Source: Schleiferiaceae bacterium
Lineage (GTDB): Bacteria > Bacteroidota > Bacteroidia > Flavobacteriales > Schleiferiaceae
Reading direction: 5' to 3'
Length of the DNA stretch: 64,000 nt
NCBI GenBank assembly: GCA_038145075.1
Contig: JAYQOY010000001.1
Coordinates: 63,464-127,463 of the forward strand
Shown here: piece by piece, positions 29,252-39,651 of the stretch
How the letters are laid out: each line of letters starts with the position of its first letter
Position numbering within the stretch: the stretch's first letter is position 1
Position numbers and translations under genes: made by a program
The notes under the pieces: model-generated
The model's input: only the letters and a program-made list of their open reading frames with translations
What the model was told of the DNA's origin: nothing
Database searches by the model: none

Positions 29252-29977
29252 ATGCGTAACCGGCTATTTCTTTTCTTTTTTCTGCTGGGGCTGACGGCCT
29301 TGGGTCAATCGCCGGTTCTTTTTTCGGGCCGAATCGTGGAAGACAAAACCCTCGAACCACTTCCCTGGGTCATCATCGTCAATGCCCGAACCGAAGAAGC
29401 CTTTTCCTCCGAAGATGATGGCGCCTTTAGTTTACGAGGTCAAGTGGGCGACACCTTGGTGTTTTCCAAACCTGGCTTTTCTTACCGCTATGCGGCTATT
29501 CGGGCCGAACAGAACGTGCAAATCACCCTCCTGCCCCAAAATTACCTACTCGAAGAGGTACCGGTCACCGCGTACAAACTGACGAGCAACTTGCCCAAGG
29601 AGATGCCGATGCAGAGCCCGGCTCGCCCCGAAGGATCGGGCATTCACGTACCCACACGGGTCAAACCCACGATGGCAAACCCGCTGGATCTGCTCTACGA
29701 TCAATTTGGAAACCGGCCGCGTCAACTCCGTGAATTAGAAGCCATATTAGAAAGTGAATCCTACCGCGAAAAATTGGCGGAAAGCCAAAATCGAAGCGCC
29801 CTATTCGAACTCACCGGTTTGACCGCCAGCCAAGTGGAAGAATTCCTGCTCTTCTGCCAGTGGAATGAAAGCCAAATTCGCTCCGCTACAGACTATGTCC
29901 TGCTGCAGAGCTTATTGGTCTGCTTTGAAGAATTTCAAGCTATTCAAGCAGCCGAGGCGGCCGCGTCGCCCAATTAA
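29252..29977 (+). CDS. secreted CarboxypepD_reg-like domain protein (function unknown)
   Basis: 241 aa with a signal peptide. [20 protein letters not shown] ... DGAFSL ... [11 protein letters not shown] is the carboxypeptidase regulatory-like beta-sandwich signature. Confidence 0.6.
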   Translation: MRNRLFLFFFLLGLTALGQSPVLFSGRIVEDKTLEPLPWVIIVNARTEEAFSSEDDGAFSLRGQVGDTLVFSKPGFSYRYAAIRAEQNVQITLLPQNYLLEEVPVTAYKLTSNLPKEMPMQSPARPEGSGIHVPTRVKPTMANPLDLLYDQFGNRPRQLRELEAILESESYREKLAESQNRSALFELTGLTASQVEEFLLFCQWNESQIRSATDYVLLQSLLVCFEEFQAIQAAEAAASPN

Positions 29978-31446
29978 CGGCTGTAATTGGGAGCCTCGCG
30001 CGTGATGGTGACGTCGTGGGGATGGCTCTCCGCAATGCCTGAAGCGGTAATGCGCACAAACTGCGCCTTTTCCTTGAGCGTCTCCACGTCTTTAGCGCCA
30101 CAGTAGCCCATTCCCGCGCGCAAACCGCCGATAAACTGGTACATCACGTCCTTGACCTCTCCTTTGTACGGAACGCGGCCAACGATGCCCTCTGGAACCA
30201 GTTTTTTGATATCGTCTTCTACGTCTTGGAAGTAGCGGTCTTTGGATCCAGCTTCCATGGCTTCAACTGAACCCATGCCACGGTAAGATTTGAAGCGGCG
30301 GCCGTCCAAAATAATAGATTCGCCCGGAGCCTCATTGGTTCCTGCGAGCAAGGAGCCCAACATAACCGAATCGGCACCCGCTGCAATAGCCTTGACGATG
30401 TCTCCCGTGTAGCGAATGCCGCCATCTGCAATCACGGGGACGCCGGAGCCTTTGATGGCATCAGAAACCACCATAACAGCGGAAAGCTGTGGAACACCTA
30501 CACCTGCCACTACACGCGTCGTGCAAATGGAGCCAGGTCCAATGCCCACCTTAACGGCGTCTGCACCTGCAGCCACCAAGAATTTAGCCGCTTCCGCCGT
30601 TGCAATGTTGCCGACCACTACGTCCAAATCAGGGAATTGGCCCTTTACTTTTTTGAGCGCATCTACCACGCCCTGAGTATGTCCATGCGCTGTATCAATG
30701 ACAATAGCATCCACATTGGCCGCAACCAACAGGGTCACGCGGTCCAAAACGTCTGGTGTCACACCGACAGCCGCCGCTACACGCAACCGACCAAAGCCGT
30801 CCTTATTTGCATTGGGCTTGTTCCGCTTCTTGCTGATATCACGGTAGGTAATCAAGCCCATCAAGGTGCCGTCTTTGCGGACGACGGGAAGTTTTTCAAT
30901 CTTGTTTGCCTGGAGGATGCCTTCCGCTTCATCCATAGTGGTACGCTCGTCCGCAGTCACCAAAGGTTGGGCCGTCATGACTTCACCTACAGGCTTGTGG
31001 TCTTCGGTTTCAAAGCGCAAATCGCGGTTGGTAATGATACCGATGAGCTTCTTTTCGCCGTCCACCACGGGGATGCCACCAATGCGGTATTCTGCCATTA
31101 ATTTTTTGGCTTCGCCGATCAAGGCGTCAGCGGCCAAAGTCACGGGATCCATGATCATTCCGCTTTCCGCACGCTTGACTTTGCGCACTTCCATGGCCTG
31201 CTTCTCAGCCGTCATGTTCTTGTGCAAGACACCGATGCCCCCATCTTGGGCCATCGCAATAGCCATGTTGGCTTCCGTCACGGTATCCATGGCCGAACTA
31301 ATGATCGGCGTCTTCAGCGTGATATGGCGCGTGAATTTGGATTCGATCCGCACATCGCGCGGAAGGACTTCAGAAAAAGCGGGGACGAGGAGGACGTCAT
31401 CGTACGTGAGGTACTCTCCGATGACTTTGGGAAGGTTCGATTCCAT
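29974..31446 (-). CDS. guaB: IMP dehydrogenase
   Basis: 490 aa with the catalytic loop [16 protein letters not shown] and an inserted CBS pair. It also has YRGMGS. Confidence 0.93.
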   Translation of the reverse strand: MESNLPKVIGEYLTYDDVLLVPAFSEVLPRDVRIESKFTRHITLKTPIISSAMDTVTEANMAIAMAQDGGIGVLHKNMTAEKQAMEVRKVKRAESGMIMDPVTLAADALIGEAKKLMAEYRIGGIPVVDGEKKLIGIITNRDLRFETEDHKPVGEVMTAQPLVTADERTTMDEAEGILQANKIEKLPVVRKDGTLMGLITYRDISKKRNKPNANKDGFGRLRVAAAVGVTPDVLDRVTLLVAANVDAIVIDTAHGHTQGVVDALKKVKGQFPDLDVVVGNIATAEAAKFLVAAGADAVKVGIGPGSICTTRVVAGVGVPQLSAVMVVSDAIKGSGVPVIADGGIRYTGDIVKAIAAGADSVMLGSLLAGTNEAPGESIILDGRRFKSYRGMGSVEAMEAGSKDRYFQDVEDDIKKLVPEGIVGRVPYKGEVKDVMYQFIGGLRAGMGYCGAKDVETLKEKAQFVRITASGIAESHPHDVTITREAPNYSR

Positions 31447-31484
31447 GGCGCAATTTACGGTCTAAATTGCGTGCAAAGATAACG

Positions 31485-31509
31485 AAAAAGCCGCCCTTAT
31501 GAGGCGGCT
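31485..31509 (-). terminator. intrinsic terminator downstream of the T9SS-sorted protein gene
   Basis: A 7-bp GC-rich stem (agccgcc / ggcggct) with a 7-nt loop. On the minus strand it is followed by a T5 run (aaaaa at 31485-31489 on the plus strand). It lies 25 nt after the stop at 31534. Confidence 0.6.
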
Positions 31510-31533
31510 CTTTGCGTTATTAAACGGTTACGC

Positions 31534-34500
31534 TTAGTAGATCAGAAGCAGGGTTCCGCGAAGTTCTACAGGCTCTCCTTGCTTTGAACGGTAGTTCAAT
31601 TGGTAGATGTAGCTACCCTCAGCGGCCTTTGTGCCATCGATCGTACCGTCCCAACCTTTTAGCTCATCGGTCGTTGAGAATACTTTGTTGCCCCAACGGT
31701 CGAAGATTTCAAGGGAGTACGTACCACTCTCGACATATACTTGCTTAGGTCTCCAAGTACGGTTCTCAAGTACGTCTGAATTCGGGTTGAAGGAATTCGG
31801 GATAAAGACGCGTGGGTTGTGCTCCGCACACACCACGTTGGACGTGGAGGTAAATACGGAACCGTCGTAGTCCGTAAACATCAAGGGGCTTGGACCTTCC
31901 GTAGCCACCACCTTGTAACAGAAGATGCCCACATTATCCCCCAAGGGACGAATGTTGTCTGTGAAGATGGTGTCGGTGGTCGTGCCCACGAAGGACATGC
32001 CGCCGTTCTCCCCTACACTTCGGTAGATATCGTACTTCAATACGCCACCCATGAAGTCGCGGTAAGGATTCCATGTCAGGATGTTTGTCAAGTTGTCCAC
32101 AGGCTGAACTTCCAAAAGGATGTTGGTGCCAATGTTCGACGCGGTGTCAATGCCACCACAGCTATCCGTAGCAACAAAACGGTACTGGTAGCGGTGGTTG
32201 TTGGGGTCTGCGGAGAAGTCCTTGAAGCGAATCTCCCAAGGAGGAGAAACGGGCTTTGGAATCAAGCCCAACGATGTGAAGGGTGCACCGTCGCGGTCCG
32301 CACGCTGCAAGTCAAAGTGAATGATGTCTGCATCCTTATCAATGAAGGTCACCAACTCCACCGCGTTGTCGTTGCGCACAGAAGTCTTAGCCAGGTAGAG
32401 CAAGCGTGAACGCTGAACTGCCAAGGAATTGATGCAGACCTCATTCGAGGAAGAGAAACGCTGGCCTGCCGTGTCTACCGCTTTGATGTAGTAGCAGTAG
32501 GACCAACCGCCGATCAAATCGCGGGTGTTGAAAGCCGTATCACCAGGTGCTTTTGTCGCCAAGAGAACGCCAGGCTGCGTAGGACCACCGGGAGGCGTCA
32601 CATCCGCCAAAACGCGGTATTCCTTAACTCCGCCTGCCCAGCCGCGGTACTGGTTCCAGCGCAAGCGCATGATGCCCTCACAAGGATCCATGTTCTCAGT
32701 CAGCAACATATTGTTGTGTGCAGCAACGAGCAAATCCGAGCTTTGGTTTCCACAGCTGTCCGTAGACATCACCTTGTAGCGCTTCACGGAGGATCCGGGC
32801 GTCGCACCGGGCAAGGGATAAGGCATGCTTACCGTGTTGGGCACCGTAGCGATAGAATTCCACCCGGTACCGGGTACCCACTCCAGAATGTCGTAGTTGA
32901 CAATGTCACCGTTGGTGCCAGGCGTCCAAGAAATCAATGCTGTACCACCGTTCACCGTGACCGAATCAATCTTCAACACGTCGGTATTGTTCTGATCAGA
33001 GAAGAATCCTCCATCAAGCGTGGAGTTACATGCACCATTGATCCGGATCTGGTACTCCAAATCCTGTCCACAAATGTTGACCGTGTCGTTAAAGGTCTTG
33101 TTGGTCGTGGTAGCTACTTGCGCCCAGCCTGCAGCACCTGTGCCTTGGGGACGGCGCCAGATCTCATAGGTAGGTGTGGCCCCCGTGTACGGAGCGTTCC
33201 AGTCCAACTGAGCCACAGAAGAGTTCGTAGGAGGAATAGGCGTAACGGCCAATTCCATCAAGCGAATCGTATCGGACGTCACCGACGTGTAGCCACAGCC
33301 ACCCAAAGAGCGCATGTAGTAGTAGTTTGCACCACTTAGCGGGGCCACATCCGTGTAGGATTGATCGCTGTAGTTCCAGATGGTGTCGATCGCCACAAAG
33401 GGAACCGAAGGCGAACCGCCACGGAAGACCACATAGGCATCGAAATTCATACCAGTATCCAAGGGAAAGCCCCAGTTGATAGTTAATCCACCTGAAGGTT
33501 CTCGGGACACACAAGCTTGCGACAAATCTGGAGGAACGGGTATGGTAGACACCACATTGATAACCACAGAGGCTACGCGAATAGCCGGCGCCACACAGAA
33601 GTTGTCTTGCATTCGAAGGGCAAATACATAGCGGTTCGTGGGCGTTCCACAGGAATTGTTCTGGTAGGAGATGTGGTTACAGTTGGTTTCCCAATCAAAC
33701 GTAATCTCATTGTTCAACGTGGAGGTGAACGAGGTCTGCGGGGACTTAGGGTTAACCGTCGCGCAGGGCGGATTCAAACAACCCGAGTTTGGATTGTTCA
33801 GCGGAACCCCCAGCTGACCGCCAGAGGGCGAGAATTCAATGGTTTGTGGCAAGAAATTGGGCAAGAGCTGCGCATCCTGCGAGACAAGGTCGAATTTCAC
33901 TTCTTGTCCGGCAAAGACGGTGGTTTCCCAATACAGCGTGTCCCCTGAATTCACGACAGGTACCAAGGCAGGGAAGTTGGGCAAATTGTTGATCTGAACG
34001 GTGGGCGGTGTATTGAAGCCACAATCCGTGCGAATAATGACAGGAATATCACGGTAGACCGATGCAATCTTCTGATTACAACGGTAGGCGTTAACCTCCA
34101 CACAGGAAGCAAATGAACCACCCGCTGAAGGGTTGAAGGTCATTGCACCCGTTTGCTGGTTGAAGCTAACCGTGTTGCCTCCATTAGGGAAGGGATTGTT
34201 GTAGGCATAGCCCGTAGTAAACGAGGCGTTGGTGCCGTTGGAGGTCGTCTGAGGGTAGGCCCAGTTGTACACTACGGAGTCCAAATCGTCGTCAAATGCG
34301 TTGTGCGCATAGGTGTATTCGTAGCCAGAGCAGATTACCGACTTGGGAGGCTCCAAGAAACGAGGTGAAGAGTCGTAACATGGGTTAGCGTTCTGGGGCA
34401 CCCCATTAATGGTGTAGGGGAACATGTAGGCACGCAGTGTGTATGAGCTCGATGAAGATGTCAAATTGGTGATTGAAGGACGGCAGCAATCCGTGAAGGT

Positions 34501-34893
34501 GAAGTACCAACCACCAGCGGGTGGAACACCACTCAACGTGATGTAGCCAGACTCGTAGCGACGTTCCTCAACCGCTCCTTGGCCGGAAGTAACGCCATTG
34601 CAATTAATTTCCTGCGATCCATCCCAGCAGTTGGGCGATACATCCGCAGCAGAACCCACCTGAGCACAGGAAATGGATCCACCGGGGGCATTTGTCGAGA
34701 GCACCACCGGGTTGGGCAGGAACGTAGAAGCCCCTGTTCCACATTCGCGGTAGAGAATGACGTAAAACTTGTACTTGCCGGCGTTGGGGCCGCTGTCATA
34801 ACAGCGCCAAGTGATTTCCCCGCCCAGATAGTGGGACGCAAAGGCCGTTTGAGTAAAAAGGAAGAAAGCGAAAAGTCTTAAAACGTGCTTCAC
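31534..34893 (-). CDS. large secreted cell-surface protein with T9SS type-B (gliding motility-associated) C-terminal sorting domain
   Basis: 1119 aa with a signal peptide, then SHYLGGEITWRC. The body is long, beta-rich and Cys-containing. The C-terminus (FIPNSFNPNSD ... FDRWGNKVF ... GWDGT ... YIYQL ...) matches the CHU_C / TIGR04131 sorting domain. It has a GTG start. Confidence 0.85.
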   Translation of the reverse strand: MKHVLRLFAFFLFTQTAFASHYLGGEITWRCYDSGPNAGKYKFYVILYRECGTGASTFLPNPVVLSTNAPGGSISCAQVGSAADVSPNCWDGSQEINCNGVTSGQGAVEERRYESGYITLSGVPPAGGWYFTFTDCCRPSITNLTSSSSSYTLRAYMFPYTINGVPQNANPCYDSSPRFLEPPKSVICSGYEYTYAHNAFDDDLDSVVYNWAYPQTTSNGTNASFTTGYAYNNPFPNGGNTVSFNQQTGAMTFNPSAGGSFASCVEVNAYRCNQKIASVYRDIPVIIRTDCGFNTPPTVQINNLPNFPALVPVVNSGDTLYWETTVFAGQEVKFDLVSQDAQLLPNFLPQTIEFSPSGGQLGVPLNNPNSGCLNPPCATVNPKSPQTSFTSTLNNEITFDWETNCNHISYQNNSCGTPTNRYVFALRMQDNFCVAPAIRVASVVINVVSTIPVPPDLSQACVSREPSGGLTINWGFPLDTGMNFDAYVVFRGGSPSVPFVAIDTIWNYSDQSYTDVAPLSGANYYYMRSLGGCGYTSVTSDTIRLMELAVTPIPPTNSSVAQLDWNAPYTGATPTYEIWRRPQGTGAAGWAQVATTTNKTFNDTVNICGQDLEYQIRINGACNSTLDGGFFSDQNNTDVLKIDSVTVNGGTALISWTPGTNGDIVNYDILEWVPGTGWNSIATVPNTVSMPYPLPGATPGSSVKRYKVMSTDSCGNQSSDLLVAAHNNMLLTENMDPCEGIMRLRWNQYRGWAGGVKEYRVLADVTPPGGPTQPGVLLATKAPGDTAFNTRDLIGGWSYCYYIKAVDTAGQRFSSSNEVCINSLAVQRSRLLYLAKTSVRNDNAVELVTFIDKDADIIHFDLQRADRDGAPFTSLGLIPKPVSPPWEIRFKDFSADPNNHRYQYRFVATDSCGGIDTASNIGTNILLEVQPVDNLTNILTWNPYRDFMGGVLKYDIYRSVGENGGMSFVGTTTDTIFTDNIRPLGDNVGIFCYKVVATEGPSPLMFTDYDGSVFTSTSNVVCAEHNPRVFIPNSFNPNSDVLENRTWRPKQVYVESGTYSLEIFDRWGNKVFSTTDELKGWDGTIDGTKAAEGSYIYQLNYRSKQGEPVELRGTLLLIY

Positions 34894-34915
34894 GGTACCT
34901 GAATTTATTGCTTTC

Positions 34916-34923
34916 CAAATGTA
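34916..34923 (-). promoter_or_regulatory. candidate -7 promoter box TACATTTG for the T9SS-sorted protein gene
   Basis: The reverse complement of caaatgta matches TAnnTTTG, 22 nt upstream of the GTG at 34893. Confidence 0.5.
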
Positions 34924-35011
34924 AGGCTTTGAAAGCAGGTAATCCGCCCCCCTATTGAGGAAAGTAGGCCCAAAATGAGTGAACGATTGCTCGCTCGGTA
35001 TCAGGGAGTCC

Positions 35012-36163
35012 TCAACCGCGCAACATTTCCCGTGAAATCACCAATTTTTGAATTTCAGAGGTTCCCTCGCCGATGGTGCAAAGTTTTGCATCTCGGTAGT
35101 ACTTCTCCGCTGGGTAGTCTTTGGTAAACCCATACCCCCCATGCACCTGGATGCCCTCGTTGGAAACGCGCACAGCCACCTCACTGGCGTAGTACTTTGC
35201 CATGGCTGATTCTTTGGTCACTTTTTGGCCTTGGTCCTTGAGGGATCCAGCGTGCCGAATCATCAATTCCGAGGCATAAATTTCGGTATCCATGTCGGCT
35301 AATTTGAATGCAATCCCTTGAAATTGAGCTATTTTCTTTCCGAACTGCTCGCGTTCTTGACTGTAGCGGAGGGCGGCATTTCGGGCACCTTTTGCAATGC
35401 CCAAGGACAAGGCAGCGATGGAAATTCGGCCCCCATCCAAAATCTTCATGGACTGAATAAAGCCCTCTCCCACCTCGCCCAAAACATGGGACACTGGAAT
35501 ACGGCAATTGTCAAAAAAGAGGCAGGCCGTTTCACTGGCGCGCATGCCCAATTTGTTTTCTTTTTTACCGCCCGAAAAACCTGGGGTCCCCTTCTCCACC
35601 ACAAAAGCGGTCATACCGTGCGAATCGCCTTTCTCGCCCGTGCGGGCAATCACAACGGCAACATCACCAGAAATGGCATGGGTGATGAAGTTCTTCGAGC
35701 CGTTGAGCACCCATTCATCCCCTTCCTTTACCGCCGTGGTATGCATACCACCTGCGTCCGAACCGGTGCCCGTTTCCGTCAGCCCCCAAGCGCCAATCCA
35801 TTGACCTGACGCCAATTTCGGGAGCCACTTGGCCTTTTGCTCCGCATTTCCAAATTGATTGATGTGCTGGGTGCACAAACTGTTGTGCGCCGCCAAAGAG
35901 AGGCCAATGCTGCCACAGACCTGAGCAATTTCATCGATTACGGTGATGTACTCCGCATACCCAAGCCCCGAGCCACCAAGTTCAGTATCCACCAACATGC
36001 CCATGAAGCCCATTTGGCCCATTTCGTGGAACAGCTCTACGGGAAAATGCTGGGATTCGTCCCAGTCCATGACATGGGGAAGGATGTTTTGGATAGCAAA
36101 GTCGCGAGCCGCTTCGCGGATGGCGTTGAGATCAGAGGAGGTATGGGCGTTGATGGGGTACAA
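35012..36163 (-). CDS. acyl-CoA dehydrogenase
   Basis: 383 aa with GAWGLTETGTGSDAGG and QVHGGYGFTKDYPAEKYYRDAKLCTIGEGTSEIQ (catalytic Glu region). It has an apparent TTG start, and there is no in-frame ATG nearby. Confidence 0.88.
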   Translation of the reverse strand: MYPINAHTSSDLNAIREAARDFAIQNILPHVMDWDESQHFPVELFHEMGQMGFMGMLVDTELGGSGLGYAEYITVIDEIAQVCGSIGLSLAAHNSLCTQHINQFGNAEQKAKWLPKLASGQWIGAWGLTETGTGSDAGGMHTTAVKEGDEWVLNGSKNFITHAISGDVAVVIARTGEKGDSHGMTAFVVEKGTPGFSGGKKENKLGMRASETACLFFDNCRIPVSHVLGEVGEGFIQSMKILDGGRISIAALSLGIAKGARNAALRYSQEREQFGKKIAQFQGIAFKLADMDTEIYASELMIRHAGSLKDQGQKVTKESAMAKYYASEVAVRVSNEGIQVHGGYGFTKDYPAEKYYRDAKLCTIGEGTSEIQKLVISREMLRG

Positions 36164-36166
36164 AAT

Positions 36167-36198
36167 GGTTGAAGGGTTGAAGGGTTAAAGGGTTTAAG
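36167..36198. repeat. four tandem 8-mers GGTTNAAG in the acyl-CoA dehydrogenase leader
   Basis: The units are ggttgaag ggttgaag ggttaaag ggtttaag, immediately upstream (minus-strand sense) of the TTG start at 36163. Confidence 0.7.
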
Positions 36199-36230
36199 GG
36201 AAAAGAGCTGTCTTTGTTCATTCTAGCTTT

Positions 36231-36818
36231 CTAGCGCGAAGGCCCAGCCTGAGCTTTTGCCACCCTCCCCTCTTTCAGTTCGTAGGTTTCATGGCTTTCG
36301 GGGCAGGTGGCTTGGCCGTTGGCATCAAATTCCAGGCGGTGCCCAAATTCACTCATCCAACCCACCTGGCGGGAGGGGTTGCCGACCACCAGGGCGTAAT
36401 CGGGAACATTTTTAGTCACTACTGCGCCAGCACCTATGAAGGCATAGGCTCCGATGTCGTGACCGCAGACGATGGTGGCGTTGGCTCCGATGCTGGCGCC
36501 TTTTCCGACGTGCGTTTTGGCATACTGACCCCGGCGGTTCACACCAGAGCGCGGATTCGTCACATTGGTGAAGACACAGGAGGGTCCCAAGAAGACATCG
36601 TCGTCACAGGTAACGCCGGTGTAGATGCTGACATTGTTTTGAACTTTGACGTTTCGGCCCAAGATGACGTCGGGGGAGATAACGACGTTTTGGCCCAAGT
36701 TGCACTGCTCGCCAATTCGGCAGGGGCCCATGATGTGCGAAAAATGCCAAATCTTCGTACCGGCGCCAATGTCAGCGCCCTCGTCAATAACTGCGGTCGG
36801 ATGTGCCGTGTAGCTCAT
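36231..36818 (-). CDS. left-handed beta-helix (hexapeptide repeat) sugar N-acetyltransferase, WbpD/WlbB-like
   Basis: 195 aa with repeated [LIV]-G-x4 hexapeptides ([53 protein letters not shown]). Confidence 0.75.
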   Translation of the reverse strand: MSYTAHPTAVIDEGADIGAGTKIWHFSHIMGPCRIGEQCNLGQNVVISPDVILGRNVKVQNNVSIYTGVTCDDDVFLGPSCVFTNVTNPRSGVNRRGQYAKTHVGKGASIGANATIVCGHDIGAYAFIGAGAVVTKNVPDYALVVGNPSRQVGWMSEFGHRLEFDANGQATCPESHETYELKEGRVAKAQAGPSR

Positions 36819-36896
36819 GGGGAAATATTGTTGCTTGCTAAGATAGGGAGCGAGCCTCCTATGTATCTTTATCGAATCACTCGACTTTCTACTTGT

Positions 36897-37700
36897 ATGC
36901 GTTTAAAAATGCCTCTTTTCAGCCGAATGGCGTTCGTCCTCCTTCTTCTCCCCGCTCAACTCTTTGGTTGGGGCCAAACGGGCCACCGTGTCGTGGGCCA
37001 AATTGCGGAAAACCACCTCCACGCGGAAGCAGCCGCTGCCGTCAAGGGCCTTTTAGGGGACGAATCGCTGGCTATGTGCGCCAACTGGATGGACCACATC
37101 AAGTCCAACCGTGCCTACAACCACATGAATCCTTGGCATTACTGCACTATTCCAGACGGTTTGACCTATGAAACCTGCGACCACCCCGCAGAAGGCGATG
37201 TAATTGAAACGATCACCCAACTCATTCAAGAGATTAAAACGGGCAGCTATTCCAAGGCTGAAAACGAAGTCATGGCGGTAAAAATGCTCGCGCACCTCGT
37301 GGGCGACCTCCACCAACCCCTGCACGTGGGCAACGGCACCGACAAGGGCGGCAATGACCGCAAAATCAAATGGTTTGGCGAAAGCAGCAATTTGCACCGC
37401 GTGTGGGATTCGGATTTGATTGACCACCAGCAACTGAGCTACACGGAATATGTGGCGTGGGTGGACCACGCGACCGCCGCGCAAGTGACTGAATGGCAGA
37501 GCAGCAGCGTCGTCGATTGGGCGCATGAATCTCAGGCCATTCGAATGGGCATTTACCCCGATGCCGATGCCACCTCTTTGGGTTATTCCTACAACTACGA
37601 CCACATTGAAACGTTGAATAAACGTTTACTTCAGGCTGGCGTTCGTTTGGCGGGCATACTCAATGAGTTATACGCCAAGCCCGTCAAGAAAAAGAAGTAA
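36897..37700 (+). CDS. S1/P1 family nuclease, secreted
   Basis: A signal peptide is followed by [18 protein letters not shown] (mature N-terminal Trp and His zinc ligands). It also has [13 protein letters not shown] and NLHRVWDS. The long ORF 36291-37700 is trimmed to the ATG at 36897. Confidence 0.85.
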   Translation: MRLKMPLFSRMAFVLLLLPAQLFGWGQTGHRVVGQIAENHLHAEAAAAVKGLLGDESLAMCANWMDHIKSNRAYNHMNPWHYCTIPDGLTYETCDHPAEGDVIETITQLIQEIKTGSYSKAENEVMAVKMLAHLVGDLHQPLHVGNGTDKGGNDRKIKWFGESSNLHRVWDSDLIDHQQLSYTEYVAWVDHATAAQVTEWQSSSVVDWAHESQAIRMGIYPDADATSLGYSYNYDHIETLNKRLLQAGVRLAGILNELYAKPVKKKK

Positions 37701-37703
37701 TTC

Positions 37704-38180
37704 GTGCTAAACCGAAAGACCACCTACGGCATTCACGCGCTGCTGCATTTGGCGCGTCACACAGAGGATGGCGTGGTGCCCGTGGCGCGTATTTCGGAGG
37801 CCCTACAGGTGTCCCGAAAATTCCTGGAGCGCATCCTTGCCGACCTCCGGCACGAGGGCATGGTGGAAAGTCAATCGGGTCGCGACGGGGGCTACCGCTT
37901 GGGAGCCTTGGGTTTGGACCTTTGCTTGGCCGATGTCGTGCGAGTTTTGGAGGGGCCTATTGCCTTGCTCCCTTGCGCGTCGCACCGTTTTTATGCGCCT
38001 TGTGCCGAATGCCAAACGCCCGACACTTGTGCCCTTCAGGATGCGTTGGTGGGCGTTCGGAACGCTACCGTGCACAGCTTGAAGCAAATCACTTTGGCGA
38101 ATTTGCTGGAATCGGAAGGGGACTTGCATTCGGGCCAAAAAAGCCTCCTACGCCCTACCCCCTACCACGAAGGGCAATAA
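37704..38180 (+). CDS. Rrf2 family transcriptional regulator
   Basis: 158 aa with an N-terminal wHTH (YGIHALLHLARH ... ISEALQVSRKFLERILADLRHEGMVESQSGRDGGYRL). It carries a Cys cluster spaced C-x8-C-x2-C-x5-C. GTG start. Confidence 0.85.
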   Translation: MLNRKTTYGIHALLHLARHTEDGVVPVARISEALQVSRKFLERILADLRHEGMVESQSGRDGGYRLGALGLDLCLADVVRVLEGPIALLPCASHRFYAPCAECQTPDTCALQDALVGVRNATVHSLKQITLANLLESEGDLHSGQKSLLRPTPYHEGQ

Positions 38181-38205
38181 GCTACAGACCCTACCTTTGC
38201 GGACT

Positions 38206-39588
38206 ATGAGCACAACCCGCCAAACTCCGCCTGTCTTCGAGAACATCTTGGAAACCATCGGCCGCACGCCTTTGGTCAAATTGCACAAGACCGTGGAAGG
38301 CATTCCCGGTACCGTCTACGCCAAAGTGGAATACTTCAACCCCGGTCACAGTACCAAGGACCGCATGGCGCTCAAAATGGTGGAAGACGCCGAGAAAAAC
38401 GGATTGCTCAAGCCCGGCGGCACCATCATTGAATGCACATCTGGCAACACCGGCATGGGCCTCGCGCTCGCAGCCGTCGTCAAGGGCTACAAACTCATCT
38501 GCACCCTCAGCGACAAGCAGAGCAAGGAGAAAATGGATGTACTGCGGGCGCTCGGCGCAGAAATCTACGTCTGCCCCACCAACGTGGCTCCTGACCATCC
38601 CGACAGTTACTATTCTGTAGCGCGCCGCTTGAATTCGGAGATCCCCAATTCCTACTTCCCCAACCAATACGACAACCTTAGCAACCGCGAGGCGCATTAC
38701 GAGACGACGGGGCCGGAGATTTGGGAACAAACAGAAGGTAAAATTACGCACTTCATTGTGGGCGTGGGAACGGGTGGCACCATTTCTGGGGTGGCCAAGT
38801 TCCTCAAGGAGAAGAATCCAGCCATTCAAATCTGGGGGGTGGACAGCTACGGTTCTGTGTTCAAGAAATACCATGAAACGGGCGTTTTTGACACGTCTGA
38901 GATTTACGGATACATCACGGAAGGCATCGGCGAGGACATCCTACCTAAGAATGTGGACTTTGACCTCATTGACCGCTTTGAGAAGGTCACCGACCGCGAT
39001 GGCGCCCTGGCCGCCCGCGAATTGGCCCGTCAAGAAGGCTTGCTGCTGGGTTATTCCTGCGGTTCTGCGCTTCAAGGCTTGCGCCAGTTAAAAGACGAAC
39101 TTCCGGCGGATGCGGTTTCGGTCATTTTGTTCCACGATCACGGCAGTCGCTACGTCGGAAAGATTTACAACGACGACTGGATGCGCGAGCGCGGTTTCTT
39201 GAAGGAAACCACTGGGAATTTGGCCGAGGCGGTAGCCGGCCACAAACACCTCCCCTTGCTGACCATTCAGCCTGAGGAGCCCTTGATGAACGCTGTAGTT
39301 GCCATGAAGCGGCATAGCATTTCGCAGCTCCCCGTCCACGATGGCCAGCGCTTTGTAGGCAGCATCACTGAGAGTCACATCATCCAAGCCCTGACCGAGG
39401 AAGGACGCGGCATGGACACCTTGGTGAAGCACGTGATGGGTGCTCCTTTCCCCGTGCTTTCAGGAAGCGCTTCGGTGCAAGAAGGGATAGCCGCTTTGAG
39501 CAAGGAACAGAACGCCCTACTCATTGAATGGGCGCCCGGCAAACACCATATTTTAAGCAAGCACGACTTGTTGACGAGAATTGCATAA
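38206..39588 (+). CDS. cystathionine beta-synthase-like PLP enzyme (CysK/CysM fold plus C-terminal CBS pair)
   Basis: It has PLP-Lys motifs NPGHSTKDRMAL, TSGNTGMGLA and GVGTGGTISG. The C-terminal approximately 120 aa form a CBS pair (ISQLPVHDGQRFVGSITE...). I prefer ATG 38206 over the TTG at 38197. Confidence 0.85.
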   Translation: MSTTRQTPPVFENILETIGRTPLVKLHKTVEGIPGTVYAKVEYFNPGHSTKDRMALKMVEDAEKNGLLKPGGTIIECTSGNTGMGLALAAVVKGYKLICTLSDKQSKEKMDVLRALGAEIYVCPTNVAPDHPDSYYSVARRLNSEIPNSYFPNQYDNLSNREAHYETTGPEIWEQTEGKITHFIVGVGTGGTISGVAKFLKEKNPAIQIWGVDSYGSVFKKYHETGVFDTSEIYGYITEGIGEDILPKNVDFDLIDRFEKVTDRDGALAARELARQEGLLLGYSCGSALQGLRQLKDELPADAVSVILFHDHGSRYVGKIYNDDWMRERGFLKETTGNLAEAVAGHKHLPLLTIQPEEPLMNAVVAMKRHSISQLPVHDGQRFVGSITESHIIQALTEEGRGMDTLVKHVMGAPFPVLSGSASVQEGIAALSKEQNALLIEWAPGKHHILSKHDLLTRIA

Positions 39589-39595
39589 TTCGTTG

Positions 39596-39603
39596 TAATT
39601 TTG
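39596..39603 (+). promoter_or_regulatory. candidate -7 promoter box TAATTTTG upstream of rpsP
   Basis: Matches TAnnTTTG, 48 nt upstream of the ATG at 39652, in the 63-nt gap after the CBS-like gene. Confidence 0.4.
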
Positions 39604-39651
39604 CGCCTCCTTAATTAACCGAGTTTAGGACTCTTTTAAAACAATTAACCT

